From IMG/VR virus record IMGVR_UViG_3300004282_000002, positions 1-63,794 of that record: 63,794 nucleotides of DNA; one strand, given 5' to 3'. Source of the DNA: a virus. Its lineage: Duplodnaviria; Caudoviricetes. Below the pieces are notes generated by a model that saw only the letters and a program-made list of their open reading frames with translations, did not search any database and was not told the origin of the DNA. Positions 9,781 through 20,005 of this stretch are shown piece after piece. A program made the translations under genes and the position numbers. The first letter of the stretch is position 1. Each line of letters opens with the position of its first letter.

Positions 9781-11223
9781 ATGGCATTAGGAAGTATTGA
9801 TATTACCACTGGTTTAGTTAGAACTACATTAAGCGAAGCTAATAATAATGTATTTGATTTAGATACATCTACCGCTATTAATAAGTGGAGTAGATATAAA
9901 CCAGTGTCTGGAACATGGCCAGCTGGCTCTAGTGGTAAGTATGGATTGAATCTTCCTACCGATTGGGATCATCTTGATATAACATCAAATGCTAGGCTTG
10001 GAGACTTTAGGGGTTATGAACATACTAAAGGATTAAATAATACAGGCGCTGGCCCTATTGTATATTGTGAATATATGGATCAGGTTGATGGTACATCATT
10101 TCAACCGACTACATCTACGTATAATGTTATACCTAGAACATATACATTTAGATTCGAGAAAAGCACTGTTAGTAATTCTATAAGAATACTGACTACTGAT
10201 GTTGGTCTTGATTCATACTATTGGGGTATAAGATTAGACTCTCCATCAACAGCTTATTATAAAACATTAAGTACCCTTAACACTAATACTAATTTAACAT
10301 TAGATTTATTATTCACTGATCCAGGGAGTCTATCTTTTACAAATGGTTTTGGATGGCCAGCAGATGCCGAAGTTGGTATATGGAATTGGTATTTATTATT
10401 ATGTTCTACAGAAAAAACAACATGGACTACTACTGCTGGAGACTTGGGAACGATCTTGTACTTACCGACAGAACCTGATTTAACAGTGTATTCTAGTGGA
10501 CATCTTCATCTTATTCCTTATATTATCTGTGGATATACATCAGGTACTTATACTCCAATAGAGACATTGCCAAAAACTGGTGGACAGTTTTCTGCCACTG
10601 GTGGTAGTCTTGGTGGAACAGAGGAAACACATTGGGATTATACTGATGTATACACTAATAGTGGCGTAGCATATACGTGTACTAGATATGAATCTGATAA
10701 GTCTACTCCTGCTGCGTGGTATAATTTTATACACTCTAATGCAGCTCATGATACTGGAGTGTGTGGATCGAATACAAATTGTAGTAATGCTATTAGTGGT
10801 TACTCTACACGATTCTATTGTGATGATAATACAGGAGAAGATAGATTTGGTTCTACAAGATTTGTTTCTGGTGGCGCTGAATATTGGGTTGATGTGTATC
10901 AGTATGGGGCTAATCCTACTTATGATGTACAATATGAAGGATGTACTGAAGTTCCTGGATATATAAGTGTAACTGGATTTGTATATGGAACTATAGATAT
11001 TACTGTAACTTTTAGAGTTAATGGTATGCCAAGTAGTCCACATGATGTTTGGGTAAGGTTATGGAATGCTACGCAGGGGTATTTTTATGATTTAGAATTA
11101 AGTGGTGGTAATCAAGTTACTGATAATGTATCTAAGACTTGTCATCTAATAACAGAGAATACTGATATATTAAGGGGTAGGGCATATACGATATATATTA
11201 CAACTACAGATCCTGATATTTAA
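9781..11223 (+). CDS. Virion structural protein with possible BACON-like segment
   Basis: N-terminal INKWS.YKPV motif typical of Bacteroidota phage structural proteins. NTGEDR.G......V.V.Q.G resembles the BACON N-R-Q signature. Confidence 0.5.
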   Translation: MALGSIDITTGLVRTTLSEANNNVFDLDTSTAINKWSRYKPVSGTWPAGSSGKYGLNLPTDWDHLDITSNARLGDFRGYEHTKGLNNTGAGPIVYCEYMDQVDGTSFQPTTSTYNVIPRTYTFRFEKSTVSNSIRILTTDVGLDSYYWGIRLDSPSTAYYKTLSTLNTNTNLTLDLLFTDPGSLSFTNGFGWPADAEVGIWNWYLLLCSTEKTTWTTTAGDLGTILYLPTEPDLTVYSSGHLHLIPYIICGYTSGTYTPIETLPKTGGQFSATGGSLGGTEETHWDYTDVYTNSGVAYTCTRYESDKSTPAAWYNFIHSNAAHDTGVCGSNTNCSNAISGYSTRFYCDDNTGEDRFGSTRFVSGGAEYWVDVYQYGANPTYDVQYEGCTEVPGYISVTGFVYGTIDITVTFRVNGMPSSPHDVWVRLWNATQGYFYDLELSGGNQVTDNVSKTCHLITENTDILRGRAYTIYITTTDPDI

Positions 11224-11230
11224 AAATAAA

Positions 11231-11262
11231 TTTGGAAAATTGAAATATTTTACGTATCTTTG
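11231..11262 (+). promoter_or_regulatory. Bacteroidota primary-sigma promoter (-33 TTTG, -7 TATCTTTG)
   Basis: TTTG at 11231-11234, 20-nt spacer, TATCTTTG at 11255-11262. Intergenic, upstream of the lysis-type cassette. Confidence 0.8.
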
Positions 11263-11289
11263 TATATTATTAATTAATAACGGATATCA

Positions 11290-11451
11290 ATGGAAGAAAA
11301 AATTAAAGTTGAATTAACAGCAAATGAATTAGAAATTGTATACCGTGGACTCTTGGAGTTACCAAGTAAGTTCTCACTTGCTGTTATTCAGAATTTGGAA
11401 AAACAACTTCGTAAAGAAGAGGATAAAAAAGATGAAACTCCTGTTGAGTAG
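11290..11451 (+). CDS. Small hypothetical protein (53 aa, not in ORF track)
   Basis: Translated by hand: MEEKIKVELTANELEIVYRGLLELPSKFSLAVIQNLEKQLRKEEDKKDETPVE*, directly after the promoter. Confidence 0.65.
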   Translation: MEEKIKVELTANELEIVYRGLLELPSKFSLAVIQNLEKQLRKEEDKKDETPVE

Positions 11452-11842
11452 ATCTTATGGTGACAAACAAACTACTGGGCTCTGTCAGATACTTGATGGA
11501 GCTCGGAAAGTGTTTGAGTTTTATTCCTTAGAACTTCCATTCTTGGGAAATGAACGTAATGTTTCATGTATACCCGAAGGTAAGTATAATGTTACAAAAA
11601 TATTTTCTACATCTAAGGGTAAGTGTTTTCAGGTTCATGACGTTCCAGAACGTAGTTATATATTAATACATAAAGGTAATTATGCTACAGGATCAAAAGT
11701 AGACACACAGGGATGTATATTAGTTGGTAGTAGGTTTGAAGATATAAATAAAGATGGTAATCTAGATGTAATAGAAAGTACTGATACTATGACTAAGTTG
11801 ATAGGTATATTACCAAATAGTTTTACATTAGTAATAATATGA
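11432..11842 (+). CDS. DUF5675-family L,D-peptidase-like protein (candidate endolysin)
   Basis: LELP......SCIPEG.Y, VP.RS.ILIH.GN and DT.GCILVG motifs. Start reassigned to ATG 11432 (MKLLLSR). Confidence 0.75.
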   Translation: MKLLLSRSYGDKQTTGLCQILDGARKVFEFYSLELPFLGNERNVSCIPEGKYNVTKIFSTSKGKCFQVHDVPERSYILIHKGNYATGSKVDTQGCILVGSRFEDINKDGNLDVIESTDTMTKLIGILPNSFTLVII

Positions 11843-12750
11843 ATTTGCCTCCAATAAAAATAAATATAATTTCTGTATGGAAAGCATGGAGGGCTATCCG
11901 TAAGTTTCTTCATGATCAAAAAGTTAATTCGGTAAAAACAAAAGATATGTGTATAAAAAAGATAATAGAATGGTTTAAACCTGATCCCATTCCAGTTCCA
12001 GTGACAACAAAGAAAGCATTATTCTTTGCTATAAATGATTATGCTGGAATGAATAATGATCTTAATGGTTGTATAAATGATCAGAAAGATTTTATTGAAA
12101 GACTTAATAAGGATTTTCCGGGGTTTATAATAAAGAATTTTATTGACTCTCAGGTTACAAGAAATATATTTATAACAGAAGTAAAAGATGCCATCAAATC
12201 ATTAACATCAGAATCAATGTTGTTGATCCATTATTCAGGACATGGGACACAGACGTATGATAAACATGGCGATGAAGAGGATGGTTATGATGAAGCGGTA
12301 TATCTTTATGATGGTAGTGTTATAGATGATGATATAGCTGATGCATTACTTAACATACCACAAGGGGCTACTGTTGTTCTTATGTTTGACAGTTGTTTCT
12401 CTGGTAGTGTTACAAGGAGTAGACGTGGAAATACACATCCTCCTAAGAATAGATATTATCAAAACCCTAATCTTAAACCACGCAAGAAAAAAAGAATTAG
12501 GATAGCTAAAGAAGATATGAAATGGATTGTATTCTCTGGATGTGGCGAACAACAGACATCTGCAGATGCATATATTAATGGGAAGTACAATGGAGCATTT
12601 ACGTATTATGCCTTAAAGACATTAATTCCTGGCATTACGTACAATGAATGGATAACAAAGATCAATCAATTCTTACCCAATTCTAAGTTTGATCAGATTC
12701 CTACACTAGAAGGGGACGAAACTTTATTTAATAAAATAGTATTAATTTAA
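11839..12750 (+). CDS. Metacaspase / caspase-family (peptidase C14) cysteine protease
   Basis: KKAL...INDY....L.GCIND, HYSGHGTQ..D..GDE.DG.DE, FDSCFSG, SGC...QTSADA and GAFT motifs. His-Cys dyad intact. Alternative start at 11947. Confidence 0.9.
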   Translation: MNLPPIKINIISVWKAWRAIRKFLHDQKVNSVKTKDMCIKKIIEWFKPDPIPVPVTTKKALFFAINDYAGMNNDLNGCINDQKDFIERLNKDFPGFIIKNFIDSQVTRNIFITEVKDAIKSLTSESMLLIHYSGHGTQTYDKHGDEEDGYDEAVYLYDGSVIDDDIADALLNIPQGATVVLMFDSCFSGSVTRSRRGNTHPPKNRYYQNPNLKPRKKKRIRIAKEDMKWIVFSGCGEQQTSADAYINGKYNGAFTYYALKTLIPGITYNEWITKINQFLPNSKFDQIPTLEGDETLFNKIVLI

Positions 12751-12762
12751 AAAACAAAAAGA

Positions 12763-12984
12763 ATGATTAAAGCAATTTATGACAAGAATGCACCAACTCG
12801 AAATTTGGTGACAACAATTAGTGGTATAGTGACGTTGGTCATTACATTACTATCAGGATTTAATGTTATTACAGCAGAACAATCTACTGTATTAACGGAA
12901 CAGACTAGTTTACTAGTTACGCTTATACCTCAGGTAGTAGCTGCTGTAGCTGCATGTATTTTAGTATTTAAAGCTAAAGACTAA
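12763..12984 (+). CDS. Putative holin
   Basis: 73 aa with two hydrophobic helices and a short charged C-terminus, in the lysis-type cassette. Confidence 0.55.
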   Translation: MIKAIYDKNAPTRNLVTTISGIVTLVITLLSGFNVITAEQSTVLTEQTSLLVTLIPQVVAAVAACILVFKAKD

Positions 12985-12986
12985 TT

Positions 12987-13454
12987 ATGAAGAAGTTTCT
13001 TATTATATTAGTTTTTGCGTTAGCAAGTCTTGGATTGTCAGGACAGGGGTTATTTACTAAGATCGACCAGAATGCCTTTAAGATCAAATCTAAGACACTC
13101 GGGGTTGATTCTATAGTATTGCCCTCAGTGAATAAACTCAGGCTCGTATATGGCGTTACAGGTACGTCCTTTAATCTCAAGACTGGTGAGATAGGATTTC
13201 TTAGTTCTACAGGTGTTGGATTATCATATATTAATTTTAAACTTAATGATGAGTCTAAGCCGTATGCAACATGGGGAGTCACTGGTATGGTATTATTAGC
13301 CAATAAGGAAAATGATCCATTATACCAGGAAGGTGGAGAGGTTGCGATGGGAGCGTTGATAGCAGGTAGTCTTGGTCCTCTTTCTGTAGGGCCAGCATAT
13401 TATCCTTCTATTAAAAAGCTACTTCTTAATTTTGGAGTACAGTTTACATTTTAA
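12987..13454 (+). CDS. Secreted/outer-membrane beta-strand protein
   Basis: Sec signal MKKFLIILVFALASLGLSG followed by Q, amphipathic beta strands, C-terminal FGVQFTF (beta-signal-like terminal Phe). Confidence 0.6.
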   Translation: MKKFLIILVFALASLGLSGQGLFTKIDQNAFKIKSKTLGVDSIVLPSVNKLRLVYGVTGTSFNLKTGEIGFLSSTGVGLSYINFKLNDESKPYATWGVTGMVLLANKENDPLYQEGGEVAMGALIAGSLGPLSVGPAYYPSIKKLLLNFGVQFTF

Positions 13455-13464
13455 ATTTTAGGTT

Positions 13465-14118
13465 ATGCTTTTAGATGACATTATTAGTTTATTAAGAGAA
13501 ACATCTCGTAATGCCCATGTTGTAGATAATGAGCGTATCGACGACAGAATTTGGCAAGACTATATTATGCTCAAGAGAAATGTTTGGGTTAAGAACTATA
13601 TTAATGAAAAGGGTAGTTTGGAACAGAACAATCTCCAGTTTGAATTACTAGACTTGGAGATCTATGATCCTGCTCTTTCATTAGGTGGTGTCTCTATAGG
13701 CAAATACATTCTACGGTCAGAGAAGTGCCCCATGCTTATTGAGGGGCGCTCTGGCGTAGCTGTATATGAATTAACTAATCCTGACATGGAGAGTAGGACT
13801 ATTGCGCATGTACCAATGGATAGATTACGTTGGTGTGGTAATGGGATAACAAATAAAGATACTGTCTTTGCTGCTTTTTATGATGGTAGGTTTTATGTTA
13901 AATCTAATTCGGAACAACAGAAGGCGTTGACTAGATTGCGTGTTGTTGGTATATTTGCTGATCCAACAGAGGTATCTACATACGTAAGAACAACTGATGA
14001 TTATCCATTAAATAATTATCAGGTTGAATATATGAAGAATGCTGTGTTACAACAAGATTTTAATATTTTACAACAGTCTAAATCTGATTCCAAGAATGAT
14101 GCTAGTGGGGAGATATAG
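13465..14118 (+). CDS. crAss-like structural (ring/connector-type) protein
   Basis: Position before the IHF-like, tubular and muzzle genes; C-terminal GIFADP...DYPL pattern. Confidence 0.55.
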   Translation: MLLDDIISLLRETSRNAHVVDNERIDDRIWQDYIMLKRNVWVKNYINEKGSLEQNNLQFELLDLEIYDPALSLGGVSIGKYILRSEKCPMLIEGRSGVAVYELTNPDMESRTIAHVPMDRLRWCGNGITNKDTVFAAFYDGRFYVKSNSEQQKALTRLRVVGIFADPTEVSTYVRTTDDYPLNNYQVEYMKNAVLQQDFNILQQSKSDSKNDASGEI

Positions 14119-14126
14119 TATGATAT

Positions 14127-14726
14127 ATGGATAGAAAAAAAGGAACTCATAAGATAAATATTACAAGTGGTTTGTGGGATGCGTACAAATGTTTTAGAGA
14201 GAAGTATAAACTAGTGTATCCTGATATAACAAGAAAGAAATATGTTGACTTATGCCATATGATAAATAAGGCAATATCTGAAAAGATTATAAAAGAGTCA
14301 TTTGAATTTAGAATGCCATATAGACTTGGCACATTATCAATACGTAAGTCTAAGCTCAAGATAAGTATTAAGGATGGTAAGCTTGAGAAGAATAAGATGG
14401 TTGTAGATTGGAAGAGGACGTGGGAATATTGGCTTGAACAATATCCTGATAAGACGAAGTCTGAGATAAAAGAGTTGAAAGGCAAGATAGCAATCTATAA
14501 CATGAATGAACATACTGATGGATATATAATGGGTTGGTATTGGGATAAGAACACATGTGTGATAAAGAATCAAACAGTATATTACTTTAAACCAACTAAG
14601 GGAAATAGATTAAACTTAGCCAAATGGATTAAGTCAGACGAGAAAGAGAATGATTATTATTTGAGCACGAAATATGAAAGTAGGAGTAAAAAGTCCATCA
14701 AGAAATTCCTTAAAGAAAAAATATAA
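14127..14726 (+). CDS. crAss-like IHF/HU-related basic DNA-binding protein
   Basis: Lys-rich, with F.MPYRLG.L.I.K, VDWKRT and NEHTDGY motifs, in the usual crAss-like position before tail genes. Confidence 0.6.
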   Translation: MDRKKGTHKINITSGLWDAYKCFREKYKLVYPDITRKKYVDLCHMINKAISEKIIKESFEFRMPYRLGTLSIRKSKLKISIKDGKLEKNKMVVDWKRTWEYWLEQYPDKTKSEIKELKGKIAIYNMNEHTDGYIMGWYWDKNTCVIKNQTVYYFKPTKGNRLNLAKWIKSDEKENDYYLSTKYESRSKKSIKKFLKEKI

Positions 14727-14737
14727 AAATAAAGATA

Positions 14738-15661
14738 ATGACTAGTAAATTTATAAGCTTATCATCTATTATAGAACGAGTATATAGGACTGCAGATTAT
14801 GAGAGTATTCCTTGGAGTGATGCTGCAGAAGATGTCTTAGATGTTCTCAGGTTAGTAGGAGTTCCTAACTCATATTTTGATAAGACAACTAATGGTCAGG
14901 GAGAGAATCCTGTTCCTATTATAGTAGATAACTTTAGAGGGGAATTACCTTATGATATGGCTATTCCTGGTCCATGTAGACTAATACAGTTAGATAGTAA
15001 TTATGAAATTACCTCATTTAGAATGATGACTGAATCACAAGATTTGTTCTATGCATCACCAACTGTTAGGGAAGAATATAATACAAGTACTACTGAATCA
15101 TCTAGCACTCTAGTCGCTACCTCTATGGAACTACAGATGGATCTCGCACAAGCGGAAATAGATGCAGGTAATTTAACAGATGCTGAGGCTATGTTAGAAG
15201 ATACTATATCTGATGTTAGACAATCACAATCAAGGATAGTTACATCATCTACTACTAATCAAGATTTCTTTCCTAGATATAAGCTGAACAATGATTATAT
15301 GTTTACTAACTTTAAGAATGGTTTTGTAGAGATGTCGTATAAGGCTTACCCTGTTGATGAAATGGGAATGCCTATGGTTCCAGATAATATAAAATTTATT
15401 AAGGCTGTTGAATGGTATCTTATATCTAGAATAGATTATAAGAGATGGAGGACTACACGTAATCCTAATGATGAGAAGATGTGGCTCAATTCAGATAAAG
15501 AATATTTATGGTATATACAATCAGCTAGATCAGCAGCTAGAGTACCAAGTCTAAGTATGATGGAATCTATTAAACGCATGATACTCAGATCAATACCTAA
15601 GATCAATGAATTTAATTCCTCCTTTAAAAATAGCTCAACTCAAGAGCAGAGAAAGTTCTAG
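14738..15661 (+). CDS. Tail tubular/ring protein
   Basis: V.NFRGELP.D and Y...N.Y..TNF..G.V...Y.A.PVDE.G.P..PD motifs; synteny. Confidence 0.65.
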   Translation: MTSKFISLSSIIERVYRTADYESIPWSDAAEDVLDVLRLVGVPNSYFDKTTNGQGENPVPIIVDNFRGELPYDMAIPGPCRLIQLDSNYEITSFRMMTESQDLFYASPTVREEYNTSTTESSSTLVATSMELQMDLAQAEIDAGNLTDAEAMLEDTISDVRQSQSRIVTSSTTNQDFFPRYKLNNDYMFTNFKNGFVEMSYKAYPVDEMGMPMVPDNIKFIKAVEWYLISRIDYKRWRTTRNPNDEKMWLNSDKEYLWYIQSARSAARVPSLSMMESIKRMILRSIPKINEFNSSFKNSSTQEQRKF

Positions 15662-15664
15662 GCT

Positions 15665-18600
15665 ATGATAAAAACGAATAAACATATCTCTACATTCTCA
15701 TCTGGAATAGACCAGGACACAAGCGTAAATAAAGTATCTAACACTCATTATTATGATGCTGAGAATATGCGTATTATGTCAGAAGATTCTTCTTCTATGG
15801 CCGCTATTAATAATGTTAAGGGGAATCAACTAAGATTAACATTTGATGCGGGTGATGTAATTATAGGCCATTGTAAGATACGTAGTAACTATACAGAGCC
15901 TACCAAGGATGCAATTGTTTTCTTCGCTTACAATGCATCTGGGACATCATCTAAGATATATTTATTCGAGGGTGATATATATAAGGTTCAGGAAAATGTT
16001 GTAATGGGTATTCCATTTCAAAGTCTTACTTATGGTACTTATGCTTATAAGGCTGGATATATATATGCTAATAGCGATCTTAATTTTAGCTCTAGTTATC
16101 CTATAAAAGCAGAGGGTAGGTATGAATCGGCTAATTTAAGAAAGATATATTGGGTGGATGGTTATAATAATATCAGATACATGATATTAGATTTAGTTGA
16201 TCCAGCAGATAATGTAAAAATATTTGAGATAAATCCTAGTTCAACATTATTACAACCAACTGTTAGTGTAATAACTGGTGGTAAGTATTTATCTGGGACG
16301 GTACAATATAGTTATCAGTTATATATAAAGAATGGAGCTGCTACAACATATGCTCCAGTATCTGATCTTGTATACTTAACGGCTAATAATAAAGGTTCTA
16401 ATTCTAGAACCTATAGTGGTAGTGAGCTTGGTCAAGATACAGGTAAAGCTGTTAGCGTAACAATAAATAATCTAGATGCTGCTTATAATAGAATACGTGT
16501 AGTAGCTATTCATTATCAGGAATATTTTGTTAATCCTACTGTTAATATAATAGGTGAGTTTGACTATAATGGCTCTCTTCTAACTATAGTTGACAATGGA
16601 TATACTACATATGGCACTATTGATCTTGCTGAGTTTAGATTATTTGGACAATTAAATTATAAGGCTAATTACTTAGCTTCAAAGAATAACTATTTATTTT
16701 TTGCAGATATAACTGAAGATAAATGGAATCCAACATGGCTTGATCCTACTAATGGTTCATTTTGGGATTCTAGAGCCATAAGGTTTAAGTCAACGGGAAC
16801 TGAGTCTAGGGTTCAGGATAGTGATCTTGGCGAAGTGGTTATTGATCAACCATTGTTTCCAACTCAATTGATATCATGGAATAATGCTGGGTGGACTAAT
16901 TATGTTGCGACACATAATGGTATTAATCAATTTAACGATACCGATAATGATGGTGATTCAACAAAGGAATATAAGCTAAAGGCTGATTGTGCTACGGTTG
17001 GCGCTGAGGGGCCTAATGTTATTATAGATATTGATCACGAACACCTTACAATAGATACGGAGAGTGTTGGTGCGGGTTATACAGAAGCTTCATATGCTAG
17101 TGTTGGAATAACCGATTATCCAACTTCCCCAGTTGAATCTCCACATAGAGAATCACAAAGGACTGAAGTGTATAGAATGTTCATAGTATTTATTAATACT
17201 AAGATGCAATATTCTGTACCACAATGGATATGTGATTTTAGGATGCCTAACAATAGTGAATATGCGCTCGTAACTTATAATGTAACTACAGGCGCTAGAG
17301 AGGCTCAGTATATATATCCAAAGGTTACATTAAGAAATATGCCAACAGATGCAGATCTTTATGGGTGGCAGGTATTTAGATGCGAGAGGGGTAGTACCGA
17401 TAGGAGTGTTTTATCTAGTGGAGTAATGTCTCCATGTTGGGATGAGACTGGCTATCTGGTGTCTAGCCAATATTCAGCCGATACATATCCATATTGTTTT
17501 GCAGAAACGGGATCTGTTATTCCTGGAACAATAGACAATTCAATAGTAGAGTTATTATCTCCAGAGATATCATTCAATAAAAACCTAAGATATTCTAGTG
17601 GTGATACTATTAGGGTTGATGGTAGGTATATGATATATGGGTCTAGGAGAACTATATGGGGACCAGACTCTGATAGGTTGGTAACATTATCTCTTGGCGC
17701 TACGTTGCCTACATATGGTGGCGATACTACTATTTATACCATAACCGATGGTGTATATCAATCTTTTGATGTAATGAGGGGAGATCCATTAGTATTTCCA
17801 GGTAGTCAGTTAATAGGAGGAAAGATGTACAGACACGCTTTATACTTTACTGATCTCACTACATATTGGCATGGCAATAGGGGATCGTCATTTATTGCTA
17901 CGCTAGGTGCTGATTTATCTTTAACGGCTACAGTAGATAGTGTTCCAATGTATTCATATGTTAGAAATGTTTTTAATACACAATATAATGGGAATACATA
18001 TGAAGCGCGTTCTTATAATGCCGTGATTCCTTATTCTAACGTTGTTCCTAAAGCTACACTAGAGTCTACATGTTATAATGGAGATACATTTATTAGCATG
18101 TTTGCATATCTAAGAGCTAGTAAACCTGATATATCTTATGGAACAGATACTATATTCCAACAGGAGATGGTTTATATCCCTTCAGAATCATCTATTAACT
18201 GTCATTATAGATTAGATGAAGTACAGAAGTATTATAGTCCAACTGAAATGGATTATATCCTACAGGAGACATTAGAGCAAGGGTTGGTATTACAACCATT
18301 AGATTACCCAATAGAGCTTGGTGATCTATATAGATACAACTCTGTGTATTCTAAAAGTGGTAATGCTAATTTGTTACAAAATACAGTCTTTGATTCTAGT
18401 GCAATAGAACATAGTGACGTAAAGATAATATCTACTGGTAAGAAAATAAATAATGAATATTTTGATAATTGGACTAATCTTTATACAAATAATTATATAG
18501 AGGTAGATCCTAGGTTTGGATCAATAAGAAATATCTTTAATTACAATAATAAGTTAATAGCAGGACAGGATAAAGCTATCTCTGTTCTTGCAGTACAGGA

Positions 18601-19471
18601 CAGATCAATAATACAAGACTCTAGTAAGCTAGGGTTAACACTTGGTACAGGAGAGGTTCTATCTAGATATGACTATATAACAACTACATCTGGATTTCAG
18701 GATTATTTTGATATGTGTCTTAGTGATAGGTCGTTCTATTATCTTGATAGGAGGAACAAAGTTATACATTCGTTTAGTGATGAAGGGGATAATTTGATAT
18801 CTGAGGTTAATGGATATAGAAGTTTCTTAAAGAGTCATGGTAATATATCAACTGTAAAGACTGGGTATGATCCACTCTATAAGGAAGTATTCTTTTACAT
18901 ATATGACGGTAGTATAAACAAGAATTCTCTATATAACGAATATACTACGTCATTTAATGGTAGGCATACATTTAGTCCGTCGTTATATGGAACATCTATG
19001 TTTAATCTAAATGATCAGTTCTATTCTTTGTATGGAAATACATTATGGATTCATAACTATGGAAACTATGGTGAGTTCTATGGGACTGTTTATGATTCTA
19101 CTATTACAACGATTATTAATCCTAATAGCAATATAGTTGATAGATTTGACGTATTAGACTTACGTGTTGATGTTATAAGTAGCATTGACGGTTCGTATAT
19201 AGAAGATGAGCAATTTGATTCCTTATACGCTAACAATAACTATCAGACATTATCTAAGACATTAACATTCTCGGGAGATGATCTTACTGAAGACACTAGT
19301 AGGGTGTTAGCTAGACAATGGCGTATTCAGTTGATACCCGATAACGATTCAAGTGAGGTGTATAGGATGACTGATACTTATCTTAAGGTTAAACTTACTA
19401 AGACAAATACTGATAATAATAGGTTAGTATTGCATGACATAATAACATACTATAGGCCAATTCGTGGGTAA
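15665..19471 (+). CDS. Tail stabilization/muzzle protein
   Basis: 1268 aa, F..GI.QD.S.......Y.DA.N.R N-terminus, IYWVDG.N..R, GDTFI, beta-propeller-like composition; follows the tubular protein. Confidence 0.75.
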   Translation: MIKTNKHISTFSSGIDQDTSVNKVSNTHYYDAENMRIMSEDSSSMAAINNVKGNQLRLTFDAGDVIIGHCKIRSNYTEPTKDAIVFFAYNASGTSSKIYLFEGDIYKVQENVVMGIPFQSLTYGTYAYKAGYIYANSDLNFSSSYPIKAEGRYESANLRKIYWVDGYNNIRYMILDLVDPADNVKIFEINPSSTLLQPTVSVITGGKYLSGTVQYSYQLYIKNGAATTYAPVSDLVYLTANNKGSNSRTYSGSELGQDTGKAVSVTINNLDAAYNRIRVVAIHYQEYFVNPTVNIIGEFDYNGSLLTIVDNGYTTYGTIDLAEFRLFGQLNYKANYLASKNNYLFFADITEDKWNPTWLDPTNGSFWDSRAIRFKSTGTESRVQDSDLGEVVIDQPLFPTQLISWNNAGWTNYVATHNGINQFNDTDNDGDSTKEYKLKADCATVGAEGPNVIIDIDHEHLTIDTESVGAGYTEASYASVGITDYPTSPVESPHRESQRTEVYRMFIVFINTKMQYSVPQWICDFRMPNNSEYALVTYNVTTGAREAQYIYPKVTLRNMPTDADLYGWQVFRCERGSTDRSVLSSGVMSPCWDETGYLVSSQYSADTYPYCFAETGSVIPGTIDNSIVELLSPEISFNKNLRYSSGDTIRVDGRYMIYGSRRTIWGPDSDRLVTLSLGATLPTYGGDTTIYTITDGVYQSFDVMRGDPLVFPGSQLIGGKMYRHALYFTDLTTYWHGNRGSSFIATLGADLSLTATVDSVPMYSYVRNVFNTQYNGNTYEARSYNAVIPYSNVVPKATLESTCYNGDTFISMFAYLRASKPDISYGTDTIFQQEMVYIPSESSINCHYRLDEVQKYYSPTEMDYILQETLEQGLVLQPLDYPIELGDLYRYNSVYSKSGNANLLQNTVFDSSAIEHSDVKIISTGKKINNEYFDNWTNLYTNNYIEVDPRFGSIRNIFNYNNKLIAGQDKAISVLAVQDRSIIQDSSKLGLTLGTGEVLSRYDYITTTSGFQDYFDMCLSDRSFYYLDRRNKVIHSFSDEGDNLISEVNGYRSFLKSHGNISTVKTGYDPLYKEVFFYIYDGSINKNSLYNEYTTSFNGRHTFSPSLYGTSMFNLNDQFYSLYGNTLWIHNYGNYGEFYGTVYDSTITTIINPNSNIVDRFDVLDLRVDVISSIDGSYIEDEQFDSLYANNNYQTLSKTLTFSGDDLTEDTSRVLARQWRIQLIPDNDSSEVYRMTDTYLKVKLTKTNTDNNRLVLHDIITYYRPIRG

Positions 19472-19538
19472 GGTATTTTTATTTATTAGAGGGATATACA
19501 CTTAAGATTATAGTGGATCAAAAATAATCGCATAATAT

Positions 19539-19570
19539 TTTGGATATTACAAATATATTTATTATCTTTG
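19539..19570 (+). promoter_or_regulatory. Bacteroidota primary-sigma promoter
   Basis: TTTG at 19539-19542, 20-nt spacer, TATCTTTG at 19563-19570, intergenic before ATG 19589. Confidence 0.8.
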
Positions 19571-19588
19571 CATTAAAATTATAATGAT

Positions 19589-20005
19589 ATGAAATCTAGT
19601 CAGATTAAAACGCTCAATACAAATATTGGTGCTAATAATACTAAGTACGTAGAGACTAAGAGATATAATGAATTACAAGCAGACCTAGAAGCTGCCATCA
19701 TTAGTCCATTCGTAGTACAGGGATTCGCTAATCCGTTAACATTCGACGCTAGAGAGAAAAAGGATTTTAGGTGTATAACTGTATCTGGTGATACTACTAT
19801 TAATCTTATTAATACTCTTGATGGAGATGCTGGATTAATAGAGTTGCTAATTACTGGTGCTGGTGGTTATGCATTAAGTCTTGGTACTATGTTTACTAAG
19901 GATGTTAGTGGTACAGCGTTAGATGCTACAGCCGCTGCTGATAATTTTATTGGATGGCGTAAGGTAGGAACAGATATAGTATATTCTATTAATCAAGTAC
20001 AATAA
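19589..20005 (+). CDS. Putative tail fibre adaptor/structural protein
   Basis: Beta-rich, first gene of the second fibre cassette, TAATG-coupled to the next gene. Confidence 0.45.
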   Translation: MKSSQIKTLNTNIGANNTKYVETKRYNELQADLEAAIISPFVVQGFANPLTFDAREKKDFRCITVSGDTTINLINTLDGDAGLIELLITGAGGYALSLGTMFTKDVSGTALDATAAADNFIGWRKVGTDIVYSINQVQ

